Source: Chiloscyllium plagiosum
Taxonomy: Eukaryota
Length of the DNA: 64,000 nucleotides
Direction of reading: 5' to 3'
Assembly (NCBI RefSeq): GCF_004010195.1
Contig: NC_057719.1
Location: forward strand, 24,932,750-24,996,749
The position numbers and the translations under genes were made by a program. Within the stretch, counting starts at the first letter, position 1, and every line of letters starts with the position of its first letter. The notes below the pieces were generated by a model that saw only the letters and a list, made by a program, of their open reading frames with translations, ran no database searches and was not told where the DNA came from. Positions 63,407 to 64,000 of the stretch are shown piece by piece.

Positions 63407-64000
63407 GTTACCTAAATATGCAAACTCAGATTTCTTAGAGTGAGTCCACTGTGCTTGACCACCTGTGATTTGACAATCTTGAGTGAGAATGGTGCTATTA
63501 TAGGAAATGGAAAACTGGCTGCTTGTTTGTGCCAAACATTAAACTGAATTTTATTTTTTAGGTTGCTCTTCCTCATCGCGAACAAAACAATTCCCCTAAA
63601 ACTAACTTAAAAACCAGTTCAAAACATTTTCAGGAATGTTTGTTACTTAACAAGTGGGAGGCTGCCTTTAAATAGAGAAAATGTTAGACCTTGTTTAAAC
63701 ATTAACTGATAGAGTTGCTGTAAACTGATAAAGTATCTTCCTTTTGCAAAAATGGCAAATGCCATTTAGAATTTCCTTTCCGTTTAATTTAAATTTTCTT
63801 GGATTCCAAAGTAAAAGAATATTGAAAGATTTGCTTGAATTTCAATTTATTCATTATGTAGCTTTCTGTAAACATAAAAGGAGTACTGTTTACATAAAGC
63901 CCATCCCTAAAGCATGCAATGTAACTTCACACAGGCTGTATTCAATTATTGCTTAAAAATGTGTTGCTGGAAAAGTGCAGCAGGTCAGGCAGCATCAAAG

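Overview
Vertebrate genomic DNA, almost certainly from a shark or other elasmobranch: it carries HE1-type tRNA-derived SINEs, HER1/CR1 LINEs and abundant Penelope-like elements (PLEs). The only host protein-coding gene I can support is BTBD7 on the + strand, with a CpG-island promoter at ~33.3-34.3 kb, a probable non-coding exon 1 ending at 33932, and coding exons at 53211-53292, 54918-56000 and 62894-63102; the gene continues past the window. The promoter looks bidirectional (UNC79 is the head-to-head neighbour of BTBD7 in mammals, but I found no UNC79 coding exon here). Most of the remainder is retroelement-derived: CR1, L1/Tx1, Rex1/Babar, HE1 SINEs, a solo LTR and at least three PLE families. 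The most notable structures are: (1) minimal hammerhead-ribozyme motifs in the PLE terminal repeats, including a sense-strand tandem pair 286 nt apart in BTBD7 intron 1 faced by an antisense copy; (2) miniature fold-back PLE derivatives with 12-18 bp target-site duplications (TSDs); (3) a four-level nest at 21.4-28.8 kb in which a heavily diverged, probably LTR-bounded element hosts a PLE whose hammerhead core was hit by a second PLE, which was in turn hit by a CR1; (4) several short local templated duplications. Family names come from motif recall, not database searches, and repeat boundaries without a TSD are approximate.
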